Positions 1 through 13,889 of a DNA stretch of 64,000 nucleotides are shown in pieces; position 1 is the first letter of the stretch, and each line of letters opens with the position of its first letter. The notes under the pieces are model-generated. The model searched no databases. It saw nothing but the letters and a program-made list of their open reading frames with translations, and was not told the origin of the DNA. Origin of the DNA: Octopus vulgaris. Its lineage: Eukaryota. The stretch spans positions 1,674,001-1,738,000 of the forward strand of contig OX597827.1 of assembly GCA_951406725.2 (NCBI GenBank), written 5' to 3'. A program made the position numbers and the translations under genes.

Positions 1-52
1 TATATGTATATATGTGTATATATCTACATCTATCTATCTATCTATCTATCTA

Positions 53-97
<45 letters not shown>

Positions 98-149
98 GTC
101 TGTCTGTCTATCTCTCTGTCTATCTATCTATCTTTTTATCTATCTATCT

Positions 150-650
150 ACACCAGGTCCCAATCTGATTTGGCATGATTTTTACAGTGCGATGCCCTTC
201 CTAATACCAACCACTCCAAGAGGGTAATGGGAGCTTCTTGCACACCACCTATGGGACACCTGCATCAGACATGATTACAGTTTTACTTGGCTTGACAGTT
301 CATCTCAAGCAAGGTATATCACCAAAGGTCTTGGTCACTTATTGCCTCCATGAAGCCCAATGCTCAAAGGGTGCTTTTTATGTGCCACCAGCATGGGTGC
401 CAGTCAGCCATGACAATAATTTCACTTGGCTTCACGCATCTTTGGTATATCACCAAAGGTCCTGGTCACTTGTCATCGCCTTGGTGAGAACCAACATTCG
501 AAGATCATGCTTCAACACCCCGTCCCATGTCTTCCTGGGTCTACTCCTTCCACATGTCCCTTCAACAATTAAAGATTGGCAATTCTTTACACAGCTGTCC
601 CCATCAATATGAATCGCATGACCATACCAATGCAATTGTCTCTCTTGCAC
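150..650 (-). mobile_element. RTE-clade LINE 3' end (ORF C-terminus plus 3'UTR)
   Basis: Minus ORF 450-650 QERQLHWYGH...EGTCGRSRPRKTWDGVLKHDL...AMTSDQDLW matches the RTE C-terminal pattern (RLRWxGH...GxRxRGRPRKTW...DRxxW). It runs into the 'ccaatctgat...gatgcccttcctaat' 3'UTR family seen elsewhere in the window. Confidence 0.8.
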
Positions 651-1019
651 ATCACAAAAGATTACAACAATAATCTTTTGTGCCCATTATTTCAATGAGC
701 TTGTTAAACTTTTTTATATTCTCAACATACTCTTGTCACCAAAGAATGTATATTTATATGGATTATAGTACTCTGTGTCAACCGATATTCTGTGCATGTT
801 TGAATATACAGATACAATACCAATATCAATTCCTTCTGGAAACTATCTTAAGCATGTCCTTGAGAACGATTACTTATGTAGTAATCTTTTGTGCCCAATA
901 TTTTAAGGAACTTGTTGAACTTTTTTATGTCCTTAACAAGTCCCTGTTACCAAAGACTGTATATATGTAACGTAGCAATTTGCAACAAGCAATAATTAAC
1001 GCAACCAAACTTCTACATG

Positions 1020-1064
1020 TTACTTTTGACAATCTTTTTCCAAAGAGTGAAACCAGTAAAGTAA
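1020..1064 (+). ncRNA. Decayed minimal hammerhead ribozyme (likely PLE terminal-repeat relic)
   Basis: ttactt-TTGACAA-tcttt ttcc aaaga-gt-GAAAC-ca-GTA-aagtaa. Stem I is a perfect 6 bp, stem II is 5 bp, and the core differs from CTGACGA at two positions. AATAAA follows. Confidence 0.5.
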
Positions 1065-1102
1065 ATAAACATCTTTTAAATTGCATTTTCAAACCTTCTT
1101 TC

Positions 1103-1142
<40 letters not shown>

Positions 1143-1157
1143 GTATATATATACATA

Positions 1158-1284
<127 letters not shown>

Positions 1285-1421
1285 ATATATATATATAAAT
1301 TTAATTTTAATTGCTAAATTTTTCTTCAGAACATTTCTTAGTGATAAGACCTTAGCGAATCTATTTCTAGCATAAGGGTGTCCGCATAGTGGTTTCCCTC
1401 TAATATGTATGTATGTGTATA

Positions 1422-1488
<67 letters not shown>

Positions 1489-1880
1489 ATATACACATAC
1501 ATACGTATGTATGAATGTATGCCAAATTTCACTCATATGGTGCTTTTTGGTATGAAGTAATAGTAGAAAGCAGTTAACCCAAAGGACTAATAATGTAAGA
1601 CCATAGAACTACAGCTGCAATGCAAATATCAATGTATGTCTATAGGACAAAGTCTACAATATTTAATGAAATGGTTCTGTTGCATATGCTTAACATCCAA
1701 ATACATGCAAAAGGCAGTGTACATGAGTATATCCTTGAGTTTCCTATGCCGTTATATGTATGTAGAATTATGCAGTCTGTGTGTGTGTATTGAAGAAGGA
1801 ATGTCTAAAAACTGAAGTCAAATGCTTATATGTGAGTGCGGATGAGCGTGTGTGTGCATGAGTGTGTGCGTGTGTGCGTG

Positions 1881-1926
<46 letters not shown>

Positions 1927-2147
1927 TATTCATTAATGTAAATCTGTTATATATATATATATTTACACATATATTAATATACAGATAAATGCACAGCATA
2001 ACTGTGCATTATGTATATATATATGTGTGTGTGTATGTGTGTGTGTGTGTGTTCATAATATATATATATATATATATATATATACTTTATTTTAAGCAGC
2101 AGAAAATTCAACATATATATATATATGCAAATACATATGTATATGTA

Positions 2148-2180
<33 letters not shown>

Positions 2181-2983
2181 GGATAGATAGATAGATATAT
2201 ATGTGTGCGTGTATATATATACACCCGCACGCACATGTATCTATATGTGAAAGTTTAGTATAGATGTGTGTGCATGCGTATATATGTGTGTATGTATATG
2301 TGTATATATGTGTGCATATGTGTGTGTATGGAGAAATAGAGAGAGAGAGAGAGAGAGAGAGAAAGAGCAAGAAAATGAGATTGAAACTAATGCCTACATG
2401 TTTCTCTCTGTCTGTATCATGTATGCATGCATGTGTATGTGTGTGTGTGGGGGTGGTGGCGTGGGGGAGTGAACATGTGATTTTTCTGTGGCTGTTGTTG
2501 ATAGACATATTGTAAGCATTGTATATTTGGATATCATTTCACAATGTCAATATCTGTGTTACATGGACCTGGATGATATCTCTTCTCATTGCTAACTGGT
2601 CCCCTTGGCACCACCACCACCACCACCAATACCACCACCACCACCAATACCACCACCACCACTATTACCACTGTTGCTGCCTGCACTGCCACCACTGTGG
2701 CACATCATCATCATCATCAACACCACCATCATCATCAGCATCATCATCATCATTATCCTCACCATCGTCATCATCATTGTCGTCATCGTCATTATCATCA
2801 TCAAAACCACCATTGTCACCACACTCGTCCCCACCACCACCACCTCCACCATCGCCACCACCATCATGATCATCTACGCAGACTCACTTCCATCACGACC
2901 CACAACTGCAATCATAGCCCCCAACTGTTAGCTCAACAATAAGAACAAGAACTACAACACCAACAAAAACTACTACTACTACA

Positions 2984-3051
<68 letters not shown>

Positions 3052-3082
3052 CACCACCACCACCACCACCACCACCACCACC

Positions 3083-3146
<64 letters not shown>

Positions 3147-3537
3147 TATTGTTGCTGTTATGTCATTGCTATGAGGAAGATTAGAGTTGCTGTTTTGATT
3201 GTTGTTGTTGGAATAGTTGTAGTCAAGGCTATTGTCTACACAATAGTAACTTCGCAACAATAGTAAGTTATTCTAAGTAAAGTACATGGATATCTATCTA
3301 CCTATCTATCTATCTATCTAACTGTCAGATTGTCTGTCTATCTGTCTATCTATTTGTCTAGTTGTCTGTCTATCTATCTACCTATCTTTCTTTTGTTATA
3401 TATTTATTTATTCCGCTCTCTTTTTCTTTCTTCCCTCCTTCCTTTCTATCTATCTATCTATCTATCTATTTATTTATCTATCTATCTATCTGTCTATCTA
3501 TTTCTCTATATATCTATGAATACATGCACACGTGCAT

Positions 3538-3575
<38 letters not shown>

Positions 3576-4204
3576 ATTTTATCAGAAAGTTTCAGGAATA
3601 CACGCCATAACTACATTGTCTAATACAAATCTATATCCACTGCTGATGGCTCTCAAGTGATCTTCAGGAATTACATGAAATTTTATAACAGATTATTAGA
3701 AAAGCTTGTGATTCCTTTCACATCACTTTACCAAATTTTGCAAAACGAGCCGGCATGAAATTTCCTCTGATGTTCTGTCTGTGACTGAGACTAGCAGAAT
3801 TCTTTGTTAGGCTTTTGGGGATCATTTCTTCAATTAAACATGGATTCTCTTTTTGAGTGGTTTAGATATTTTAAGGCCATATTTCTTTTCTTCTTTTCCT
3901 ATTGAATTAATTATTTTTTATATTTTAGTTGTAGTAGAGGGTGATGATTGAAGCAGTCTTGTGTAGATGACGACGACAGTGATGATGATGATGATGATAA
4001 GGCTGACGATGAGGACGACAATGATAATGATGAGGATGTTGACAATAATGATGATGACAATAATGATGATGATCATCATCATGATGAATACGATGACTAT
4101 GGTTTTCAGGCAGTGCTCTTACATGGCTGCAGTTAAATGACTGAAACAAGTAAAATAATAAAAATATATATATATATAATATATATCAGGTAAGATTCAA
4201 AAGT

Positions 4205-4460
4205 GTGGAGGCGTGTGGCTTAGTGGTTAGGGTGTCAACACCATGCTAGTAAGATTGTAGTTTCGATTCCTGGACCGGGCGACACGTTGTGTTCTTAAGC
4301 AAAATAGTTCATTTCACGTTGCTCCAGTCCCCTTAGCTGGCAAAAAAGAGTAACACTGCGATGGACTGGTGTCCTGTCCAGCTAGGGAACACATACGCCA
4401 TAGAAACCGGGAAACCGGGCCCATGAGCCTGGCTAGGCTTTAAAAGGGCACCTTAATTTT
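4205..4460 (+). mobile_element. tRNA-derived SINE, family D
   Basis: A box TGGCTTAGTGG, B box GTTTCGATTCC, central 'ctgcgatggactggtgtcctgtccag', tail 'gagcctggctaggctttaaaagggc'. A second copy lies at 52568-52824 (-). Confidence 0.8.
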
Positions 4461-4739
4461 AGTGGAGGTGCATATATATATATATATATATACATATGTG
4501 TATGTAGGTAGACCCAGTCCAGGGATCCTGGTGTGGGATGTTAGTGAGCTTCAGGTATTTAGGCTGCTAGTATTGATGACAAAATGTGGACGATATGTAA
4601 TCAAATATCTTTAACATAATATATATATTAACACGCACATGAACACACACATACACATATATATATATGTATATATATATACATACATGCATATATAAAT
4701 ATAGATATACATATATATACGTGCATATACATATATAAG

Positions 4740-4791
<52 letters not shown>

Positions 4792-4799
4792 AGTATATA

Positions 4800-4836
<37 letters not shown>

Positions 4837-4945
4837 CCATACATAAATGTGTAGATATGTATATATCTTAAAATATAGCAAGTATATGTGTGTGCATTAG
4901 CGTGCGCATATGTGCATGTGTGTATACACATACACATACACACAG

Positions 4946-4982
<37 letters not shown>

Positions 4983-5203
4983 CAGAGAGGGAGACAGAGA
5001 AAGAGAGTACAGGGAAGAAGGGAAAAGACAGAGACATAGATAGGGATAAAGGCCATGAGGGAAATGAAAAATGAGCGGGAGTGATTCTGAGCCAAAAATT
5101 TTGTTTCCTGATAAATGTTAAGGACTTTGATTGATCGATAGATAGAGACATTTTATTTGTATTTATGTGTGTATATATACATATCTGTCTATCTATCTAT
5201 CTA

Positions 5204-5236
<33 letters not shown>

Positions 5237-5247
5237 ATATACATATT

Positions 5248-5634
5248 ATTTTACTTGTTTCAGTCATTTGACTGTGGCCATGTTGGAGCACCTCCTTTAG
5301 TCGAACAAATCGACCACAGGACTTATTCCTTATAAACCTAGTAATTATTCTATCGTTATCTTTTACTGGACTGCTAAGTTACAGGGATGTAAACACACCA
5401 ACATCGGTTGTCAAGCAATGGTGGGGGGACAAACACACACACACACACACACACACTCACACATGCATATATGTGACAAGCTTTTTTCAGTTTCCATCTA
5501 CCAAATCCACACACAATGCATTGGCCCGAGGTTGTAGTATAAAACACACATGTCCAAGGTACTACACAGTACGACTGAACACAGAACCATGTGGTTGGTA
5601 AGCAAGCTTCTTACCAAACAGCCACTCCTGCACC
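5248..5634 (-). mobile_element. tRNA-derived SINE, family A (CORE-like body, CR1-type tail)
   Basis: Head 'caggagtggctgtttggtaag...ggttc', internal (CA)n, tail 'gtgctccaacatggccacagtcaaatgactgaaacaagtaaaa'. Many copies occur in the window. Confidence 0.85.
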
Positions 5635-5994
5635 AATATGTGTGCGTGTATGTATATATATATATATATATATGAGATATCAATACAGGCTATATGTGTG
5701 TGTGTGTATACTTTTATTCCTTTCTTTACTAGTTTCGGTGGGTGGACTGTGGCACTGCCTTGGTGGGCTTGGTCAGTCAATTATCTTCAGTACTAAAAGA
5801 ATTAATTATTGAGCACAATCTGGTTCTTATTTTATTGGTCTCTTTTTTTCAAACCATCAAGTTAGAGGCTTGCCCAGAAACCAAGAGCAGTTGTCAATCA
5901 GTGGTGACTACAAACACAAAGACACACATAAACACACACACACACACGTAACTACTAGGACTTTGGATGTATGTCTATTAATATGTTGATTAAA

Positions 5995-6320
5995 GCATAT
6001 TCACTTGCAAAAAGGGACAGAGAAAGTGCTTTAAGGACACCCTCAGAGCCTCAACCCCAACGCCTAGTAAATGCAAGCGGAAGACAACCCAACCGGGTGA
6101 GGCTGCACAACAGAAGTACCACTTCCCAAGAACAGAATATGATTGGAGGAGCACAAAGAAAGTGCAAACTATGCAAATCCAGAGCCAACTCTTTGCTTCC
6201 AGTCTCAACAGACCATCTGTGGCTGACCTGCTAGACACCACAGCTAGTACACAATGCTGAATCTTCTTCCACATGATACCCTTGGCCATCAGCAACACCA
6301 ACGGACTAACTAACATCATA
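5995..6320 (+). mobile_element. Degenerate RTE-like LINE 3' fragment (second family)
   Basis: Reads GQRKCFKDTLRAS, resembling the RTE motif GGQRKRFKDTLKASL, followed by decayed C-terminal sequence. Confidence 0.5.
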
Positions 6321-7619
6321 TATAATTTATACACACACACACACAAACAAATACTTTCCAAAACCACCTGGGAAATTCTACATTGTTTGATTGTTTGATA
6401 TTAGTATGTGTACACACATACATACATATACACACACAAATATATGTGTGTGTATATATCTATGGATGTATATATATATATGTATATAGGTATATATATA
6501 TGTGTGTGTGTGAATATATATATATTTATATATATATATATATATACACTCACCATCAGCCGTCAAGCATCAAGTTTGGAGGAAGGGTAAGTTGATTACG
6601 TCGACCCCCCAGTGCTCAACTGGTACTTATTTTACCCCCCCCCCCCCACACACACACACCAAATGGATGAAAGGCAAAGTCGATATTGGCAGAATAAATA
6701 ATGATAATAATAATAATAGTAATGATAATAATAATGATGATTTCTTTTAAACAAGAAGATGGGAGTAGACAGACAGATATTGCAAGAGATTGTTTGGTGA
6801 TCTTTAAGGTGACATTTAGAAAATAGTTTTCAGACAGCAGGACAAGTTACAAGAAAATACCAAAACAAAGCAAAAAAAAATGGAAAAGTAAAAAGAAAAC
6901 AACAGAATATAAAACAAAAAGTCTCCACTCAAGAGAAACAACAACAGCAACAACAACAATGATAATAATAACAACAACAACAACAACAATAATAATAATA
7001 ATAATAATAATAATAAGATAAAGTCATCATATGTTTTAATTTGTTTTATATTTTTTTGTTAATGTTTATTGTTGAGGATGTTGAAGTGTGTGGGGAGAGA
7101 TTGGCAGAATCTATAGCGTCAGACAATCAGATGGACGTAGCTGGAGGGCCATGGATTAGCAGAAGTGGTAGAGAGTTGGGCAATATAATCCAAGAGGGGA
7201 GAGCCAGAACTGGTAAGCGTGTTGGAAAAAATTCTTTGAGTGGGTAGATTAGCAAAGCTTTAGTCTAAGCTGTTCTATTGCGGGTGTGGTAGTGGTTCAA
7301 ACCAGCTGGGATCAAATTTGTCTCACATCCTTGGAATCCTTGATAGGCTGATAAAATAAAAAAACTGAAGGGGTCAGTGTAATCTGATAAACCTATTTCC
7401 CTAAATTTTATTGCCTTACATCTCCGTTAGAAACCAGTGAAGGCATGGTGCCATGTGGTTAGGGTATCCAGCTTAGGATCATAAGGTCATGAGTTTGATT
7501 CTTGGCAGTGTGTTCTATCCTTGAGCAAGACACTTTATTTCACATTGCTCTAGTCCACTCAGCAGGCAAAAGTGGGTTGTACCACTATTATAAGGGACCA
7601 CCTTTGTCACATTCCATGC

Positions 7620-8075
7620 CTTGCAGAAACCAGGCTCCAATCTGATCTGGCAAAGTTTCTACAGCTGGATGCCTTTCCTAACACCAACCACTCTGAGTGT
7701 GTAGTGGGTGCTTTTACATGCTACCAGCATGAGGGCCAGTCAGGTGGTTCTGACAATGACCATACTCAAAAAGTGTTTTTTATGTGCTACCTGGATGGGA
7801 GCCAGTCCGGTGGCACTGGCAACGACTACAATCAAATGTTGTTTTTCCCATGCCACTGGCATATGTGCTGGTCAGGCAACGCTGGCAATGATCATGCTCA
7901 AATGGTGCCTTTTACATGCTACCAGCACAGGAGCCAATCCATGGCCCTGGCAATGATCATGCTCGGATATGTGCTTTTAACACTCCACTGGCATGAGTGC
8001 CAATCAAGCAGTACTGTCATCAGCCACCTCACCGATTTTGATTTTGATTTCACTTGCCTCAACAGGTCTTCACAA
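7620..8075 (-). mobile_element. RTE LINE 3'UTR copy with about five 66-bp tandem units
   Basis: Same 'ccaatctgatctggc...ggatgcctttcc' core as 150-450, then repeated 'ggtgctttttacatg...gccagtc...actggc' units, then the RTE ORF-end sequence 'tttcacttgcctcaacaggtctt'. Confidence 0.7.
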
Positions 8076-8155
8076 GCAAAGTTCATTGTCCAATGAATGA
8101 AGGGTACTCATAAGTGGGCTGGGTAAACCCACTGGAATAAGCCAATATATATATA

Positions 8156-8208
<53 letters not shown>

Positions 8209-8214
8209 TATATA

Positions 8215-8450
8215 TAGTAATCCCTCACCATATTGTGGTTCGTCTATTGTGATTCACCTATCGCAGTGTTTTATGTAAGCTCATGTTGATTCCTCTGTGG
8301 TGTTGTTTTGCATTTATAATGAACTAAATATATACAAATTATAAAAATAAGTAAAAAAAATATACAGTACCGTACTGTTTCTACTGTGCGGATTTTCACC
8401 TACCGCAGGGGCTTTGGAACATAACACCCACATTAGTTGAGCAGTTACTG
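8215..8450. mobile_element. Tigger/pogo-like MITE
   Basis: Imperfect terminal inverted repeats (TIRs) tagtaatccctcaccatattgtgg / cccacattagttgagcagttactg, flanked by TA. Confidence 0.45.
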
Positions 8451-8474
8451 TATGTATATCTATCTATCTATCTA

Positions 8475-8523
<49 letters not shown>

Positions 8524-9574
8524 ATTTACTACAGAAACGTAGTAACATAGACTGTTCTACTTCTTAGAGTGTGCTTCTCTGGATTTATGCTTTTTGAAAA
8601 TGATATACATATATGTATATGTATATATATATATATACACATGTATATCTGTATATGTGTGTGTATGTGTGTGTGTGTATTTGTATTTGTGTTTGTATCC
8701 CCACCATAACTTGACAAATAGTGTTGGTTTGTTTACATCCTCATAACTTAGTTCCTCAGCAAGATAGATTGATGAAATAAGGGGTTACTGCATTAAACTA
8801 AACCCCTCAAACCATTGCTCCAGAATGACCATAGTCCAATGACAGAAATAAGTAAAAAAAAAATATGAAATAATTGAAGTGGATAGAGGTTATTTAGTTG
8901 TGTAGTTTTAGCTACCATCACTATGGCCATGCTGGAGCACCGCTGTCATGCTGAAGTGGTAGAAGTGGAAAATTGTCAGCTTAAATTCCTTGTAGTACTT
9001 AGCGATGTTCTGAGTTCAAACTTTGCTTGGCTCAACTTTTCCATTCAAACCCTCCAAGTACCAGTAATATCCAAAGGTTTGTATTCAATTAATTGCTTAA
9101 CTGAATTTCTTACTCCACATCATTCTGCTAAATTCATATCCTTGCTCTCAAATTTAGAAATAAAAGGGGTGGTGGTAGTGGTGATGGTGGTGGTGTTTGT
9201 AGTGGTAATGGTGGTAGTGGGGATAGTGGTGATTATGGTAATGGTGGTGGTGGTTGTGTTAGTGGTGATGATTGTAGTGGTAGTATGGAGGTGATGATGA
9301 TGTGTTGCTGTTGCTGGTGGTAGTGTCATGACTTGGTAGTAGTGGTGGTGGTGGTGGTAGTGTGACGCAGGTAATGGTGGCAATTCATGGTGAATCTTGC
9401 TTTTGTTGTTATTGTAGTGGCAGCAGTGGTGGTGGTGGTGGTGGTGGTTGTGGTGGCGTTGGTGGTGGTGGTGTTGGTGGTGGTGGTTGTGGTGATAGTG
9501 ATGATCCAGCTCTTTGTTCTTGGGTGTGATAAGCAATCTGAAATCAGGGCTCGCCAGGGTGGGCAGAGGAAAGC

Positions 9575-9606
<32 letters not shown>

Positions 9607-10099
9607 TATAACATCAACAACAGCAACCACATCAGCAACAAGAACAACAGCAGCAACAACAATCGTGATTAGAATCTCAGCTACAACCCTGACAACATGA
9701 TCTACCACAACAACAACAACAACAACATCACCAACAGAAATGATAACGATGCAGCTTCAACAGGATTTCTCGACATATTAGAAACAGTAGTCAAATCACC
9801 CTCATATCACATCTTTCTCATCAAAGAAAGGCTTTCCAGCCTTGACCATCTCATTTAATATATCTGCAGCACAGTGTTCCCCAGTAAAACAATATGTTCG
9901 TTGTTTTTAGAAACAGTGCAATGTGAGGGATGTTTGACTCTTATTTCTTCCAGACCATGTGACCAGCGAGAACATCACTGACTTGCTCATCATATTTTTG
10001 TTGTTGCTGCTGTTAATGCTATTGTTGCTGTTGTTGTTGTTGCTATTGTTGTTGTTTCTGTTATTATTATTCATGTTGTTGTTGTTTTTAATATTCATC

Positions 10100-10130
10100 A
10101 TTATTATAATTATTATTATTATTATTATTA

Positions 10131-10179
<49 letters not shown>

Positions 10180-10186
10180 TAATAAT

Positions 10187-10273
<87 letters not shown>

Positions 10274-10286
10274 AATAATAATAATT

Positions 10287-10383
<97 letters not shown>

Positions 10384-10408
10384 TAATAATAATAATAATA
10401 ATAATAAT

Positions 10409-10507
<99 letters not shown>

Positions 10508-10529
10508 TAAAATAATAATAATAATAATG

Positions 10530-10576
<47 letters not shown>

Positions 10577-10648
10577 AATAATAATTAAAATAATAATAAT
10601 AATAATTATAATAATAATAATAATGATAATGATAATAATAATAATAAT

Positions 10649-10693
<45 letters not shown>

Positions 10694-10712
10694 AATAATA
10701 ATTAAAATAATT

Positions 10713-10753
<41 letters not shown>

Positions 10754-10784
10754 AATAATAATTAAAATAATAATAATAATAATG

Positions 10785-10831
<47 letters not shown>

Positions 10832-10895
10832 AATAATAATAATTATAATAATAATAATAATAATGATAATAATAATAATAATAATAATAATAATT

Positions 10896-10936
<41 letters not shown>

Positions 10937-10967
10937 AATAATAATTAAAATAATAATAATAATAATG

Positions 10968-11004
<37 letters not shown>

Positions 11005-11119
11005 TAATAATAATAATAATAATAATTATAATAATAATAATAATGATAATAATAATAATAATAATAATTATAATAATAATAATAATAATAATAATGATAA
11101 TAATAATAATAATAATTAA

Positions 11120-11151
<32 letters not shown>

Positions 11152-11170
11152 TAATAATAATAATAATAAT
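10100..11170. repeat. About 1-kb (AAT)n microsatellite with GAT/TAT/'taattaaaat' variants
   Basis: Seen directly. It accounts for the poly-I, poly-N and poly-Y ORFs. Confidence 0.95.
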
Positions 11171-11173
11171 ATT

Positions 11174-11358
11174 GTTTTATATTTAAGAGATGAGGAATTA
11201 TGCACATTACTTACATTATTTACATTTGACGGATATTAGTCCTCATCTTGTTTATTGTTAACACAACGTTTTGACTGATATATCTTCCAGCCTTCATCAG
11301 GTGTCTTGCGGAAATTTCAAACCTGGGTTCTCATTCCATTATTATTATTTGTTGTTGC

Positions 11359-11391
<33 letters not shown>

Positions 11392-11722
11392 CATTATTAT
11401 TATTATTATTACTATTATTATTATCATTATTCTTATCTTTTTATTTTTTATTATTCAGGTCACTGCCTGGAATCGAAATCAGAATCATGGGGTTAGTAGC
11501 CCGCACTCTTAACCACCATAAGTCCGTAGTGTAGTGGTTAAGAGCACGGGCTACTAACCCTAAGATTCCGAGCTCAATTCCAGTTAGTGACCTGAATAAT
11601 AATAATAATAATAACATCGAAAAATACCTTAGGAATGGGAACCCAGGTTTGAAATTTCCCCAAGACACTTGGTGAAGGATGGAGGGTATATCTGTCGAAA
11701 CATGTTAACAATAAACAAGATG
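11174..11722. mobile_element. Palindromic tRNA-head/(TAA)n/hammerhead element, copy 1
   Basis: Arms are inverted about ~11520. Each arm has a tRNA-like head (GTAGTGGTTAAGAGC...CTACTAA...B box), (TAA)n and an HHR (11260-11305 on minus; 11664-11706 on plus, decayed). Homologous to 63399-63982. Confidence 0.85.
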
Positions 11723-11838
11723 TTAACAACGATCAAACACACACACACATGCACAAACATGTATATTTACATTTCTACACACATGCTAGCATGGACAACG
11801 GACGTTAAATAATGATGATGATTAAATATATATATATA

Positions 11839-11895
<57 letters not shown>

Positions 11896-12040
11896 CTACA
11901 GATATATTGATACAGTTATATATCAGTGAATACATATATGTGTGTGTGTGTGTGTATGTGTGTGTATCTATCTATACATATATATATACATATATATATG
12001 CACCACATATATGTGTATTTATCTATCTATTTTTAAATAT

Positions 12041-12118
<78 letters not shown>

Positions 12119-12194
12119 GTCTATATATATATGTGCATATTTATATATATATGTATGTTAATATATGTGTATGTGTATATATATATATATATTG

Positions 12195-12405
12195 TTTCTA
12201 CTCTAGGCACAAGGCCCGAAATTTTGGGGGAAGGGGCCAGTTGATTAGATCAATCCCTATACTCAACTGGTACTTAATTTATTGACCCCGAAAGGATGAA
12301 AGGCAAAGTCGACCATGACGGAATTTGAACTCAGAACGTAAGAACAGATGAAATACCAATAAACATTTTGTCTGGCGTGCTAATGTTTCTGTCAGCTCAC
12401 CGCCT
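12195..12405 (-). mobile_element. tRNA-derived SINE, family B (Nin/Deu-like central domain)
   Basis: Reverse strand reads 'ggcggtgagctgacagaaacattagc...gagttcaaattcc...gactttgcctttcatcctttcggggtcaataaattaagtaccag'. Partial copies lie at ~6585-6695, 19783-19942, 31160-31300 and 46375-46492. Confidence 0.8.
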
Positions 12406-12488
12406 TATATATATACATATATAAACATAAACACACATATATATGTATTTATGTGTGTATATATATATGTATAAATACATATATATAT

Positions 12489-12537
<49 letters not shown>

Positions 12538-13083
12538 TATGTCCCACCTCTCTGTTAGAAAGCATAAGCACTTGCACGTAAACACAGATACAACGAAAAC
12601 TTCTGCCCAGCAAATTCAATCTTATACTCATTCATAAGAAAGAATACAGGAGATGTACACACGGTTATAAAGACAAAATATTTTCTCTGCTGCAGCATGA
12701 GTCTGATGTTGAGAAACTACAACAATTGGCAAGAGGCAACGTGAGATATCATCCAACACATGGCCCCATGGAGAAAGCAAATGCTGAATGTTTAATGCCA
12801 ATGATTTGTTTGTTTCTGTGTGTGCGTGTAACACCCATGTATGTATATCATCATCATCATCATCGACATCGTTGTTGTCATTATCATCCCCATCATCATC
12901 ATCATCGGTTAAAGACCACTTAACACATGACATATGTACATAAATATATGCAAGTCTATATAAGTGTTGTATGCATAACCCATGCTAGCATGGAAAACGG
13001 ACGCTAAACGATGATGATGATGATGATGATGATGATGATATATATACACATATACATGCATCTATTTATCTATTTATCTATCT

Positions 13084-13131
<48 letters not shown>

Positions 13132-13389
13132 GCATAAATATGGATATATGTATGAATTTGTATTTTATATATGTATCTATATCTATATCTATATATATAT
13201 CTATGCACACACACATATATATTTGTTTATACATGCATGTATATATACGCATGTACATATATATATGTGTGTGTGTGCATATATATATATAGAGAGAGAG
13301 AGAGAGATACACACACACACACACACACATACACACATATATATAATATACACATATATATATATATGTATATATGTATGTTGTATGTT

Positions 13390-13423
<34 letters not shown>

Positions 13424-13852
13424 CACATACACACACACACATACATGCATATATAAATACATACATACACACACACACACATATATATATATACAGGATG
13501 TGACAATGTGACAAGGTCAAAAATGAGCTAAATCCAGCCAGTGAGAAGAACGAACTCCAAAGATAAGTCTGAGAGTGAATAAAATATTAATTCCATATTC
13601 ACAAGTTCCGGCTAACTGTATTTTGTTTACAGCAATGTAAACTAGTCATTGGATGGTAGGAGGAGACCAACAGGGACACAAAGACACACACACACACACA
13701 CACATTCATCATCATCATCATCATCATTATCATTTAATATTTGCCTTCCATGCTGGCATGAGTTAGATGGTATCACAGGAGCCGGCAGATCAAAATACTG
13801 CACCAGACCCTGCTATCTGCTCTCTTTCTGTCTTTCTCTGTCACTGTCTCTG

Positions 13853-13889
<37 letters not shown>

